From the NCBI RefSeq assembly GCF_009914755.1, contig NC_060929.1: a DNA stretch of 64,000 bases; one strand, 5' to 3'. Positions 40,076 through 54,269 of this stretch are shown here, piece by piece (positions within the stretch are counted from its first letter, which is position 1; the number at the start of each line of letters is the position of its first letter). Origin of the DNA: the human T2T-CHM13v2.0 reference genome, Homo sapiens. The position numbers and the translations under genes are program-made. The notes under the pieces are model-generated. The model saw nothing but the letters and a program-made list of their open reading frames with translations. It did not search any database and had not been told where the DNA came from.

Positions 40076-40899
40076 TTATCTGAAAGCTCTGAATGCAACC
40101 TGGAGCCTGTCAACTGTGATCTATACTATAGGGGGTTCTGGCTGGTCATTTCATTGGTTCTTCAGTTGTCTTTTCTCTTGACTGCTCAGATTTCCCAAAG
40201 AAGCATCTTTTGCCTAGACTTATTGTGGACACTCTGAGAGCTAAGTGGAGAAAGAAAGATTAGAGAGAGGAGTCTGAATATTCAATATGCAAATGTTCAA
40301 TTAATCCCTTTTTTCAGCAAGTATTGCTCCTCCCGACCTCCGCAATACCCCACCCTACCACCACTACTCTTCTTGATGCATGTCAATCCAGAGAGGTTTT
40401 GTTCTATCTGCTTTGGAGACTAACCCCATCAAGTTGGGTAAAGGCGGTTGCCCACCTGTACAATTGGGGATTTATTTAATGGCCTCTTAAGGAAACTTTC
40501 AACCAATCTTCCTATTTTTAGCCCCATTTTCAATCTCATTTTCAGAGGTACCTGGAAATGCCAATTCCTGAACCTTCTGGATATTCTGCAGTGTAAAAGT
40601 TTCTCAGCTTTTCCCAAGTCAGCAACAAAGAATTTGGCTTTCTAAGTTTGCTGAGTCAATATTATTCATTCATCTGCCTTCTAGCTTCCAAAATTTTTGC
40701 TATTTCTTTCTCCTCCATTCTTTTTGTCCTTGTGGGTATGTACCTTTTTAAAAATATCCCTTTACTGTCATCTTAGGGAGTAAAAGTATACGTGTCTACT
40801 TAAACTCGACTTACACATTTTCTCTTTCCCTCTCTCTCATTCTCTCTCACACACACTTTTTAAAATATAGGTAGAATATTCTAGCAAAAGAAAATAAGT

Positions 40900-41560
40900 G
40901 TCTTTCCTACCCCTGTCTGTCAGCCACCAGTTGCCTCTTTGCCTCCAATCCCAAGCAGGTAATCACTTTTATTAGTTCTCTATGTGTTCTTCAAGAGTTT
41001 CTTTATGTATATAAAATGAAATATAAATATATATTCTTATTCCTCCTTTTTTACACAAATAGATTACTATAAGACTGTTCTGCATTTTGCCATTTTCATC
41101 TAATATTGCTTGAAGCTCTTTGCATATCAGTATAGACCTCTTGCTCATTCTTTTTAACAGCTGTATAGTATTCCAATTATTTAGCCTCCCAACAAGGGAC
41201 ATTTGATTTGTTTCCAATTTTCGCTATAAAAAACCTATAATGAATAGTCTTAAACATAAACAATTTTGCATGTGTACAAGTATATCCATAGGCTAAATTC
41301 CAAGAGATCTGTTAGATCATGTGGTGTAGTTATTTGTAATGTTACCAATTGCCCTCTGTGGGAGTTGTACCAATTTGTAATGCCAGCAGTGAAAGGATTC
41401 TGGTTTATTTCCCCTCCTCCTTGCATTTAACAGAGTATATTACAAAAATAATTGAATAAGTAAAAGTGGTACCTCGGTGTACTTTAATTTTGCATTTCAT
41501 TAATATGAGTGATTTCATATGTCTAATGTAAATTTTTATTTCATTATTATTGAACTTTAT
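40900..41560 (-). mobile_element. Old L1ME-type 3' region (approximate)
   Basis: Antisense L1M text: ctcattcttttttaacagctgtatagtattcca...gggacatttgatttgtttccaattttcgctat. Confidence 0.65.
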
Positions 41561-44500
41561 TCAGTTCTTCATAAGGTAGAGTTAATAATTTTATTTGGAG
41601 AAAAAAGTAGTGTGTGTGTTTATGTTTGTATGTGTGTGTACATGTAACCAAAAGTTCAAAGGCATCATTACAACCTTGCTTGGCCAAATGTATAATTGCA
41701 GTATATATATTTAAAAATCTCTTGCTACATCTAAAGTATGGTATTATGTAGGTTGGTGTTTATTCAGGACAAGGAAAATTATCCAAATAAGTTATTTAGA
41801 ACAAGGAATTTATCACGCAGAAGAATATGTCTGGGATAGAAGGCCCATTAACACTCAAATTATGAGTTCACTAATCTGGTCTAGGTTGAGGAAGTATGTC
41901 AAGAACAATAGCTTGCTCATATCTGAGATGTGTTAAAATTAACTGTGTGTTTAATAATATTGGGCTTAGAATCATATGGTAGAAAACATTACATTAACTG
42001 AGTAACGTAATCATTCTCAGCGTCAATTTCCTGATCTGAGAAATGGACATGGTAATATCTGTCCCACAGTGTTGGTAAACTTTCTTCACCACTGACACCC
42101 ATTAATATAAATCACTTCTAATCAATGAACTCAGAAAGGAGGTAGTCATATAAGTCAGATAAAAACATCTAGAATTTAGAAAATTATACAGCTCTCAGAA
42201 AGAGAATATTTGAACCGTAAAAAATAAGGAATATTAAGATATATATGACTATAAATAAATAAAATAGCACTTGATGCTAAGAAAGCATGCATAATCTCAA
42301 AGCAGAAAATAGAATGTCTCACAACTAGAAGTGAGGCAAAAGGATAGATTTACTAACTTTGTGATTATAGAACTTACCTATTTTGTAATTATAAATAGTA
42401 TAGTATGAAAATGTTTCATAAAAACTATAAGCCTTTAAATCCCAGACAAAAGCCAGTGGAGTAGGGGATAAGACATACTGAATTCGCAAAATTTAGGAAG
42501 ATATGTTTTCATGAAAAAGAGTTTTCTCTGCTTTCTTTAGGTAATCTTGTAGATATATTAAACAGAAATTCTTCTCAAATAAAGACTGAATTTATATTTT
42601 CACTTAATAGTTTATTCTACTTTTAAAAAGCTTAACTAACAAATCAAGAAAACCTCATATTTTGTTTATTTTTCTATTTTAATTACTAGATATAATGTAA
42701 AAATAAAATTATACCACAAGAAATACCATTATGTGGAATATAAAAAGCACTTTTTTTCAAATAGGTGTATACACTTAAAAAATAAAACTATAATATCATG
42801 TAACTGTTGTGTAAAACAAATGTTCTTCCTCAGATTCATTTTTTTGTTGCAGCAATAGGTCCCCCTGGTGGAGATTGAAAATATATTTTGTTCTATTTTT
42901 CTCTTTCCAAGTCACTATCTTAATTTGAGTAATTAAGTGCCATTCTTCCTTGAATAAATGAATAAAGAAGGAGTTTAGAAGGCCTGTGAATTGACTGTCA
43001 TCCCTTCTGCAGGTGAATTTGTACCTAGTAACATTCATAATTGCAGGAATCAAACCCTTCTGCCTAGAAAGAACATTCCCCAAAACATAAAGTCTTAGTT
43101 GATAGAGACTAACAAAATTAAATATGCAAAATAATGAAGCTTTTAAAAATCACATTCATAGATTATAAGAGTCTAGTTAATGATTCCTCTTATTGGTCTA
43201 TATATATATTCCTGTATACAAGGCAAATGTCTCCTTAGCTGGGAAAGAACAATCGTTGTTCATTGAAGACTCACAAGACAATTACCATATGGAAATACCA
43301 TGAGATACATACACCCTTCATTGTTGGGTTACATGAGGTGATACCTTAACAAGTGATATATAATGGAAGGAAAAAGTGTGTCAACTTCTATGCATGAATA
43401 AAACAGGAGTTCTTAAAGTGAGACCAGAACCATGTGTTCCCATTCAGTTCTACCAGTGGATGCCCACCCAGAAGCATAATCAACTTGGAACAATATGGAA
43501 CCCAGATTTCATTCCATACTCTCTTGAAAATGAAAGTTCCAGCAGTGTCAGCCTGGGGCAAAAACTGAAATTTAGATGATACTATCTTTTTGTAACTGTT
43601 TCCCACACTGTAGAGGTCCCGGAGATCCCAGAACATCCAAGATCCGATTATAGAGCTGCAAATCTCTTGAACCTATAGGTCAATAACCACTCCATGAGTC
43701 CTTTCTCTGGCATCAGCGTCCCACTGCCGCTCACCATTTCCCTGTGACTCCTGTACATTTCCCCTACATAAGCCCTAAATCTCTGGTTTCCCTGAGGCTT
43801 AAGAACAACTAAGCAGCTATTGATATGGATGGTGTATTCCTCAACACTGAATTCATCAGAATCCTGAGCAATGTTTTTAGATGGTCAAACACTACAGCAA
43901 TCTTAATCTCTTTAATTTCATGTTTCTTGATTTTTTTCAGTAAGTAAGTAGTATATGGAGTATGTCATTGAACCAATAAAGAGTATGTGAATTAATTTAC
44001 ACTTCAGAAAACCTCTACATCCATACTGTAAGCTGTATTCTAAATTAAGCTCTCCTTTACCTCTAGGCCCTCATGCACCTTTTATTTCATCCTGGGTTCC
44101 TAGAACAAATTTCTTGATTATATAGGAGCAATTTGACTGGTCTGTAGACTAACAATATTAAAGTACAGCAGATGTCTAGCGTTTTCCCTCCCCTGTAGTG
44201 CTGGGAAGGTCTCCTTTGGGTTCTCAACCCTACTTTAACCAGACATGCCTCTCGTTAACTCAGCACTTCTCTAATCTCGTGGGAGACAAGGGGGAGAAGG
44301 TGAGAGCAAAAGTGGTAAACAGCAGCAATTACTTGGTTGGGAGATGAGCCTTGTCCAGGTCTCTGCTATGTTTAATATGGTTGATCTGAACACTCCTCCA
44401 TCTGACCCCAAATAACTGAAGTTGACTGCATTTGTCTCTTCTTATTTCTATATAGTTTGTGATCTATTATTTCTAATTTAATAATCTTACTGAATTTGTG

Positions 44501-47500
44501 TTGGAGAAGTGTGCTACAATCCTTTTTTGGAAAAAAAAAAGATGTTACATAAAGTATAAATAAAATAGAAACTAAGAACTCTTTTAAAAAGATTTGCCTT
44601 TTCTATCTCTTTTTCACATGAATTAACTCTTTAGACCCTAATAGCTGCCAGCAATCAAGTTTAGCTTTTTGAAAATAATTTTTAAAAACCTTTGACTTTA
44701 ATATAACTTAGGTAGAACTATAAACCATGATTTTTAAGCTGATTTCAACCAAATGTTAATAGCATATATTTTATCCATGCTCCCTAAGAATACATTTCCT
44801 CCAAATGGACTGAACACTGCCTTGCTCACCTGTTTATGAATACTCCAAAGAAACTAATCTGAGTTTAGAATTTACCCCCAAGCAGTATCCTAGCTAGCTA
44901 GGTTTGGGTACAACCAACAGCTCCTTAGAGGCCCTCAAGACCCCAGAACTTCCAGGATCAGATTGTAGAACTATAAGCACTTGGGCCCATAGGCCAATAA
45001 TTCAAACTACAGAAGAAGCATAACTATAACAATTAATTTTAATATAACTTTGCAATTCACAAAACATTTTCACAAACATAATGTCATTTAATTTTTCCCC
45101 AAACGACATGAAATAGACTGTTAATTTTCTAGTTTTTAAAAATCTTTCCCAGTTTTTTTTCTTGTATCTTTGCTACAGTAGTGAAATCAACCAATTAGAT
45201 ATAAACAAAGTTTTCTTTCACAAGGAAAATTCTTAGAATCCAAATCTTGCTTCTCCCTCTTTGAAAGAGTTATTTTGTTTTTATTGCCAGTGTTGAAAAA
45301 CATCCCACTATCCCTTGGACTTAGATTAGCAACAATTATCTCCCAGCAAGACTGGTATAGAAAGTCTCCTGGAAAGCTCAGTTTTGGCTAGCTACTCAGA
45401 TTTAATGGAACATTTTAAATCTTAATAGAAAAAGGAAAATGTAATCTTGCTGAAAGTATGGTTATATCTACCTGTTTGGTAGAAACCTTAAATGTATAAA
45501 CTTTCAAAACAATCAAAATGTATATTTTCTTAAAAAATAAGCCAACCCCAAACCTTTAACCTGCTGTTAAATTTAAGGAGGTCCTAAATGGTAGGAAATA
45601 TAATTTGAAAATATTTTTGTCACTTAACATTTAGTTTATGTATATTGAGTGGTCTTTAAAAAGCTACGTATCAGAAATAGGCTTCCATCAATAAGTCTCT
45701 AGAATTTATGCTCTACAACAGTACACGTTTCCATGCTGTCAAACGTACATGGACTTTTGGAAGACCCTGGGGATAGGCAGTCTAGGTAACACCATACAGT
45801 GAAAATGATCGCCCTTTTCAGAGAGCACAGTGGTGTGTTAGGCAAATGTTACAAGCATATTAAAATCAGAAATGTTGGACTCCGGGGATTCTATTATCTC
45901 TTATTTATTTTATTATAGAATAAAGAAAACCTATTTTAAAATATCCTTAATTAAGTATAAAATGGAAGTAACCCTGCTGATGTTTGATTCTATAAAATGT
46001 CAGTAATATTCCTAAAATCATCATATAATGAAAATATATTTTACATAGTCTCAGAATAGCACAAGACATATGGGTTTCCAAAGTTCTCATGAAAGAGGTA
46101 ATTTGGATTTCTGTAGACAGTTAGATAAAATTACTAATAAAAACACCTGGTATTTAGAGTTTACCTCACAAAGGTAACTTTTAACATACAATCATAAAGC
46201 TCAGATAAACCGGAACCTGGTTTTATTTTAGATTTTATTTGGCAATTTTTCATAGCATCTAGGATGAAGTTTTCAATGAATGGTTTAACTACAGTATATT
46301 CTGAATTCAGAATCAGGAAAGGTAAACAAATTACCTATTCCAACTGAAAATCTATTCCAAGATCTCCAAGATGCAACTAAGCTCTCATCCAGTTGGCTGC
46401 CATATTTCCTTCTGAGATTTCCTGCTTACAACCCAAATTCTGCACAATTCTAATATTAAAGTGACCTTTACTGACCACCCCTCCCCTCCAACCAATGCAC
46501 CTCAACTGAGACCTACAAGAACTTTGCTTTAAGACTACCAGCTTGAGGTCCATAAACCTTGCTCCCTCCTCCTCTTTGGCTTAATGCCTAAGACCACCCA
46601 CACAACCTTCTATCAACCACACTTCTAAATCTAAAGTTCCTTTCATTTTAAACAGTCCCTAAAATAAAATCTTCTCCACAAAAATTAAGTGGAAAAATGT
46701 TTCCCTAAATTTTACCCTCAAAATGAAAACCTTTTACAAGTCTTCACTACTCAATAATGTGTACTTTCTCAATAAGTATTTGCTTAACACTATTTTTAAT
46801 GTATTTATTTTCCAAACTGACCTACTCTTTCAATGTGTTGTCTCCATGACTATATAGTTATCTAAGATTATAAGCTTCCAGAGGTCTGACACAAAACACT
46901 AACTTACATGGAATAGCACATAATATAATGCCATGCTAACTTAAACATGTTTCATGAATGTTTTTCAGCTGAGCTTCTGAAGCTCAAATTCTCTTTCATG
47001 TTTTGTGGTTTTAAAGGTCTGATGTATTACATCTTGAGGGAGTACGTAAAAGTCATTGTTAAGAAGATAGCATCAGTTATGAGTGGGCTCTAGAGTAAAA
47101 CAGCTGGGGATCATATTCCAATTCAGTTACAACCTATTACCTCCAACATGTTATTTAAACCCTCCAAATGTTTGTAAAAGACAATCCTACAGTATCTACC
47201 CCAAAAGGTTATTAAGATTAAAATATGTAACTTCTCTAAAATAACAGTGGTTACTATTCCCAGAGATCAATCTTACGATTTGCCTAGGACAGTTCTGATT
47301 TACATCTGTTATCCCAGCTTAAATAGCTCCCCCCTACCCTCTAGCTCCTTCATTCTCAAAAGTAACCTGGTTCAGATAATAAAATACATAATCAGCTGTG
47401 CTAGTTATTGAACTACTTTTTTCCCCACAACTCCAAACCACTATTCTACACTCAAACTGTGTAATACTAGGGCTGGGACTGTGAAAACTACATTTCTCCT

Positions 47501-48356
47501 TTGCCACCTGAATTTTTGTTAGGCTCCACTAATAGCAGGACTAGAAGATAAAGACATAAAGGCAGGAGAGGGAAAGAATCTTGCTGTTTCCTGTTTGTTT
47601 GTAATTCCTGCCAGCATTCCCAGAGCAACAGCTCTTCATTCCAGTAGCGACACTTGGTTTGTCTCCAGCTTTTTCTCAGCATTCCCCGTACCAGCCTCAT
47701 CATTCCCTAACTATACTACCACCACTTACCAGTGGCCCCTCCCCAAATGTCTGAGTCCCTGCTCTGCTGAAGCTCTCCCCAAAGTGTCTAGTAACCACAA
47801 CCTCTAGCTCGGTCCCCTAGGCCTAGGGGTGGTAGCTGCCACCTGAAGTTATGTGTCCTTTCTGCTTTTGTTTTGGTTCTCCATTGTAACCTATTCCTTA
47901 TATTACACTGTTAAAATTGTAATGTTACATACTACGGTTTTTTAAATTATTTTTTTCACATTGGTCATCAGAACATTGTAAACAATCTTTAAAAAACACA
48001 TCGCTATTAAATCCCTAAGAGATTTTACTTCCAGTGACTAGCATCAAAGCTCACCAGGAAACCAGAGTAACAATGCACTAAGCAAGTTTAGTAGGTAACA
48101 TAACTTTCTCACATCATGAAATGCCACTGCATGGTAAGTAGGATTATAAGGATAAATATGACGAATATCTTACCTCCCTCTTTTTACAAAAAAAATCACT
48201 CTTTTCTTCATACAGCCACCTCCACTAGTCAGTATTTTTTCCTTTCCACTCTACAGTTACTGATTATGAATACTAGAAGAAACAACAATAATTCATATCC
48301 TACTGTAAGGCAAGTCTTCCACAAACATGAAGAGCCCAGATGAGCACTCTTCTCTA

Positions 48357-48791
<435 letters not shown>

Positions 48792-48829
48792 TCACAGAAG
48801 ACTCACAAAACTAGATTTACTTTTACTGT

Positions 48830-48835
48830 TTTATT
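48830..48835 (-). terminator. Candidate distal poly(A) signal AATAAA of CETN3
   Basis: AATAAA on the minus strand ~1.8 kb past the stop codon, followed by GU-rich ttttgtgagtcttctgtg. Confidence 0.5.
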
Positions 48836-48994
48836 TTTCACTTTCCTGGAAATCAATATATTTCATGATCAAGACAGAGGGAACTCATCAGTGTGCGACA
48901 AAAATTTTTTAATTTCAAGGTCTGTTGCCCTGAATATAATGACTGTGACCATTGAATTTGTATTCAAAATTAAGTTTTACTCTAGTTAACCTGC

Positions 48995-49357
48995 TGATAT
49001 AGTTTGTATATCTGTCCCCACTCAAATATCATGTTGAATTGTAATCCCCAGTACTGGAGGTGAGGTCTGGTGGGAGGTGATTAGATGTCCTCACAATAGT
49101 GAGTTCTCATGAGATCTGGTGGTTTCAAAGTACTTGGCACTTCTCTCACTTGTTCACTCTGGTTTTCACCATGTGATGTGCCTGCTCCCCCTTTGCCTTC
49201 TACCATGACTGTAAGCTTCCTGAGGCCTCCCCAAAAGCAGAAGCACCATGCTTCCTGTAAAGCCTGCAGAACCGTAAGCCAATTAAGCTTCTTTTCTTTA
49301 TAAAATATGCAGTCTTGGGTATTTCTTCGTAGCAATACAAGAATGACTTAATATACA
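48995..49357 (+). mobile_element. MST (MSTA-like) solo LTR
   Basis: TGATATAGTTTG...ACTTAATATACA; 5-bp TSD cctgc/cttgc. Confidence 0.85.
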
Positions 49358-50290
49358 CTTGCTTCCTAGATAACTGTTTGAAATGTCACTACTGCTATAG
49401 TATTCCCTACTGATTTTGTGTTAAATTTCTAGTGGACAACCCTTAATGTAATACTCCTAAAAGGCTCACAACATTTAAAGCGCCTCAAATGATACTACAC
49501 TTTAAACTTAAAAATTTAAAACAAGAATTCTAAAGAAAGATTGCTGAAATAGACAACTCAATTCCGTTCCTGGGAGAGCCCATAACACCGAGTACTAGAT
49601 ATGAGTGAAGGATCCATATAGGTACTATTTTTTTCTATGATCGATCTCCATAACCACTTGTTTCCCCCTAACATACACTTCTACAAGGCAGAAGAGCCCA
49701 CCAGTACTTGGAAACTGTGTCTCTACTATTTCCTGGTGAATCACAGACTGTTCCTTCATATAGGTAAAACATAGACTTAAATTATTTCTGTGGCTTACAG
49801 TTTTCTATTTTCATCACTGTGACATGTAATTGAGTGATAATTACCTTAACAAATCAAAATTCCAAAATTTAAATCTCTCAGTCAAGAAGTTAGAAAATTC
49901 AAATTGTATTCATTCAATTTGTTTAAGGAAATATTCAGAAGAAAATTAACTTTCATACTTACAATGATACCAAGTTAAGAAACATAATACACAAGGATAA
50001 ATGGGTCTATCTGCACAATACTTATTCCTTCTAAACTCAAAGACAGGACTCTTAAAAAAGGAATTAGGCTTATATTGAGTCAGCTTGTATTAAAATATAG
50101 AATGTCAAAATTGATGAAATGTTAGGTAATGGAAAAATGTGCCACTCTATTGCTAATTGTATTTCAATTTTTGTTTCAGAAACTAGTAAAATTATAAAGG
50201 GAAGATTTAAGAAATCCACTCTTGAGGGTTAACAGATACTAGGAATAAAAACAAATTTACCAAACTTTAAAATTCTAATAAAATAAATAT

Positions 50291-50296
50291 TTTATT
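50291..50296 (-). terminator. Candidate proximal poly(A) signal AATAAA of CETN3
   Basis: AATAAA on the minus strand ~320 nt past the stop codon, followed by GU/U-rich gtttggtaaatttgttttt. Confidence 0.65.
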
Positions 50297-50618
50297 AACG
50301 AAAGTCTGGAAAATGTGTGCACTAAAAAGTGACTATAAATGTTAAATTAAAAAACCTTCAAAGAACACATATCACACATTCAATTTTTAAAACTTTATAT
50401 AAAAGCTCTATTATAAATACAAAGCTAAACTATCTGAGTACTAACAACACAGTTCATACAAAGAAACTTAACAGTAGTAAAATACAGATATATAAGATGC
50501 TTATTTTTGGTCCTTTAGGATAAAAGAACTAAGTTGGTTTTTTTCACATGGCTCCAGGCACAAAAATAGAATATAAGATGGTAACTGCAACATTCTTAGT
50601 GTTTATCCTTGTAATTCT

Positions 50619-50662
50619 TTAAATGTCACCAGTCATAATAGCAATGAACTCCTCTTGGTTTA
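50619..50662 (-). CDS. CETN3: Centrin-3 terminal coding exon (coding part)
   Basis: Acceptor tttctttcttaccacag|TA; reads (I)NQEEFIAIMTGDI then TAA at 50621-50619, completing EF-hand 4 (DKDGDGEINQEE) and the centrin-3 C-terminus. Confidence 0.97.
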
Positions 50663-51986
50663 CTGTGGTAAGAAAGAAAATGAAATAGTCAGAAATATAA
50701 ACATTTTATTTTTTCAGAATCCACGACTACCATTTTACACTAAGTATTTAAAAAATTTTACATTATGCAAAATTATTACATTAAGACATGGCTTTTTGCT
50801 TTTACTTCTTTGTTAGGAAGTGGAACATGTTTATTAAATGTAACTTCTTGGATGCAAAAATACATATAATGTGATAAACATTACAAATTAGTATTCTATA
50901 ATATTAACTGGGGAAAAGATAATGTTACCAAAAAAGTCAATCACAGTCATATTTGTACATACTTGCTAAAACATTTTAAATGCTTGACATTTCAAGGTTC
51001 TTTAAACAACCCTCTTTATAATCTTTATTCTACTAGTTCATTTAGCAAATCCTTCCTTTACAAGTAAGCTTGAACATATCATGCATGTAAATTAGATTTC
51101 TAAAGAATGAAAATATAATAAAATTATAAAAAGAAGTTAAATTATTATTTTTTGAACTTTTATATACTTAAAAGCCTATGTTAAAGAATAATTAAAACCA
51201 GGTCACCATACCTCAAAGGTATCAATAAAAATGGCAATTTGAAAAGATTACAGATGTAATCTTAATCACCAAAGTAATCCAGTAACTATATAGATGTAAA
51301 GGCAGAAAATAATCATGGATAAGGACTAATTTTTAGTTTGCCAAAATTATAAATATAGTAAGAATCTCCAATTTATAAAACATAATGTTTAAGACAGCAA
51401 CCTAGAAATAAGAAATCAGATAATCTTATAGAATTTTGAAAACCCGACATATGCGCACGTATCAATTAAGAAAAATGTTCAGAAGATACTTCTGGTAAGT
51501 ATTTAGCATTTAGCCCTAAGACTTAATACATACCTAAACAATGCATAAATTATGAATGATAATTTTGATAATGCCAAAAGAAAACTACACTGAGACTTAA
51601 GACCTGGTCTCTAGTCACAGCTCTGCACAGAACAGCTCTGCATCTCATTTCCTTCATCTGAAAACACTGAACTATGAGATGATGTTTTAGATTGTTTAAC
51701 TCTTATTTACCATAGAAGGTATTATATGAAAATACTCCATTGAATCAAACATTTTTAAGTGGCTAGTGAATGCCAACACCACAATAAGTGTTGCGTAATA
51801 TATCAAAACAGACACCAGGCTTCCTATTCTGGAATACATTAAAACCGAAATGAGAAAGATATTATATGATATTATAAAATTATTGTTAACTTTCTTAAGT
51901 GTAACATTGGTATCATAGCTTTATGAAAGATATATCCTTGTTCTTAGTAGATGGATATGCTAAAATATTAAAGGATCAAGTTTTTG

Positions 51987-52183
51987 TTTTATTATTAAAA
52001 TTTAATTAATTAATTAATTAATTTAGAGACCGGGTTATGAGACTGGCTAATCGTTGTATTTTTGGTAGAGATTAGGTTTCACCATGTTGCCAAGGCTGGT
52101 CTTGAACTCCTGGGCTCAAGCAATCCACCTGCCTCAGCCTCCCAAAGTGCTGGGATTACAGGCATGGGCCATGGTGCCTGGCC
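51987..52183 (-). mobile_element. Short Alu: left monomer, linker and a tiny right-arm remnant
   Basis: Minus strand reads left arm...CTCTACCAAAAATACAACGATTAGCCAGTCTCATAACCCGGTCTC then a (TAAT)n tail; sits inside an old L1M 3' fragment (~51830-52370). Confidence 0.8.
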
Positions 52184-53042
52184 TAAAGACTGAGTTCTTG
52201 ATATATGAAATTTATTTTCAAATGATTGAGAAAAAAATATACACACGACAGGTAAAGCAAATGCGGTAAAATACTAATTACTAAATCTAGGCAGAAGGTA
52301 CAATGGTGTTCATTGTACTAGTCTGACAATTTTTCTGTTTGAGAATATTCATAATGAACAGTTAGAAAAAATTAACCAATTAAAAAATGTTGAGGAGATA
52401 AAACATGGTCATAGGGAATGAAAAGAATATATACTGCACTGGTTCTAGAAACCACATAGAAAACCGGTTTTGATAACTATGTTAGTCAGTTTTTATACTT
52501 GAAACAGAACAAATGTTTTATAACACAAAATACTATTTATTATTAAAACAAAGACCAAATCAGTGTTGAAAAAAAATCCTTCACAATGGTAAAAATTATT
52601 ACTAATAAGAAAAATTTAGGTAAAGGTAAATCATTACTTGGGCTCTAAAATAAAAATACAGAATTTGGAAAGGAAGTAGAAAGAGAGCTGGGGTGGGAGA
52701 ATACCATCAGAAATACAGTCAAAGAAAGAATAGTGTATGCCTCACAGAAATAAGCTATGAGTTAGGAAAAATGCACCCTCCAGAAGCTGACAGGGAACTA
52801 TGAAGCCATGCAATCAGTATTTAACATCTACAAAACACTATGACAAACATGGTAAGAACGTAATACAAAATCTGTAATACTCCAAACTACTTTCAAGAAT
52901 CTTACAAATTGATGTAGTGATCTTTAACCTTTGCAGTTAAATAGCCATGTCTGAATATCTTAGGAAAGCTATGATCCCTCTCTCTTTCCAATAAATACAG
53001 TTCAAATATATAAAATTATTAATCAGTTTAGCCAGTGTGCAC

Positions 53043-53114
53043 CTTCACTGAAGAACTCCCGATTTAGACTGAGGCATCTAGACCAAATAGGAAGCAAGAG
53101 TATGTTCTTAAGAA
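53043..53114 (-). CDS. CETN3: In-frame 72-nt alternative (cassette) exon of centrin-3
   Basis: Acceptor ttttctcttaatacag|TT, donor GAAG|gtgcac; 72 nt, phase 1-1, no stop. Gives GE-I-LKNILLLPIWSRCLSLNREFFSEV-NQEE. Matches my unverified recollection of a longer annotated CETN3 isoform. Confidence 0.7.
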
Positions 53115-53388
53115 CTGTATTAAGAGAAAAAACATAAAACAGCCTTAGAATGATTTGATTACAAATCATTTTAACAGTGTAATACATCCATGATTAAAAT
53201 ATTCAAAATCCAAAAAGTACTTGTTACTTAAAGATCTAGAACTTTTTCTTGATCTGTAAAATTTCAATACTCAAACTGCAAATTTTAAGTTTCATATATA
53301 AGTTTGAAAACCACAAAACACTTAATTTTTATATTGTTTATATACAAAAACTTTAAACTATAATAGCATTTCAAAAGTATTTAAAATA

Positions 53389-53692
53389 CGGTCAGCCTTC
53401 TGTAACCACAGGTTCCTCACATCTGCAGATTCAACCAACTGCAGATGAAAAATATTTGGGAAAATAACACAATAAAAAATAATACAAATAAAATAAAGTA
53501 TAACAATTTACATAGCATTTACATTGTATTAGGTATTATAAGTAATCTAGAGATGATTTAACGTATACAAGAGGATATGTGAAAGTTATATGAAAATACT
53601 ATGCCATTTTATACAAGGGACTTGAGCACCATAGATTCTGGCATCCTTAAGCGACTTGGAACCAATCCCCTGTGCTTATCAAGGGACAACTG
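53389..53692 (-). mobile_element. MER2 (Tigger-family MITE)
   Basis: gcagattcaaccaac...ttacattgtattaggtattataagtaatctagagatgatttaa...ggaaccaatcccc...gggacaactg. Confidence 0.85.
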
Positions 53693-54269
53693 AATTCCAT
53701 GATTCATACCTAAAAACACACTACTTAAACCCAAGAAAGTAAAAATTAGAAAGTGGCTCAGGAAATTAAACTAGCTACTTTACTTTAATTGTCTTGTAGA
53801 CAATTAAAAGACAATCTTCTATATCTCTGTGCATTTGATTTTATAACCTTCTCTATTAACAATATCTTATATCAAGTTCCTATATCTAATAAATCTACCA
53901 CAATGCCTAGCTTAAAATAAGCTTTGGTAAAACATTTATTGAATCAAGAAAATATGACACTTTGTTTCCTTTTATACTGCCTTCTTTAACAAAATTTTTC
54001 ATACATCAACCATTTCATAGAGCAAATCTTATTACAAGTTGCTAACAATAAGAATTTTACAGAACTAAGTAGATTAAGTACCTTAGAGACCATCTGGCTT
54101 TGAAGGGGAAAAGCAAATCTTAGAATTGGAAGTTCCAACTGAGTATGTTGCTAATACACTGCTTCCTATAATAGCATGTAATTTTTAAAACTCCATAAAC
54201 ATAGAAGTCTAGTTAATATTTTACTTCATAGCCCGAAAGGCAATACAATATTACGTTTAAAAGCACATT

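Noticed and set aside
43370-43830. Unique, moderately GC-rich stretch with short ORFs on both strands
   Set aside because: No recognisable protein similarity and no convincing pair of splice sites.
52680-52950. Other possible minus-strand acceptors in CETN3 intron 4 (alternative terminal exon)
   Set aside because: AG sites followed by early stops exist, but sequence alone cannot distinguish them from background.
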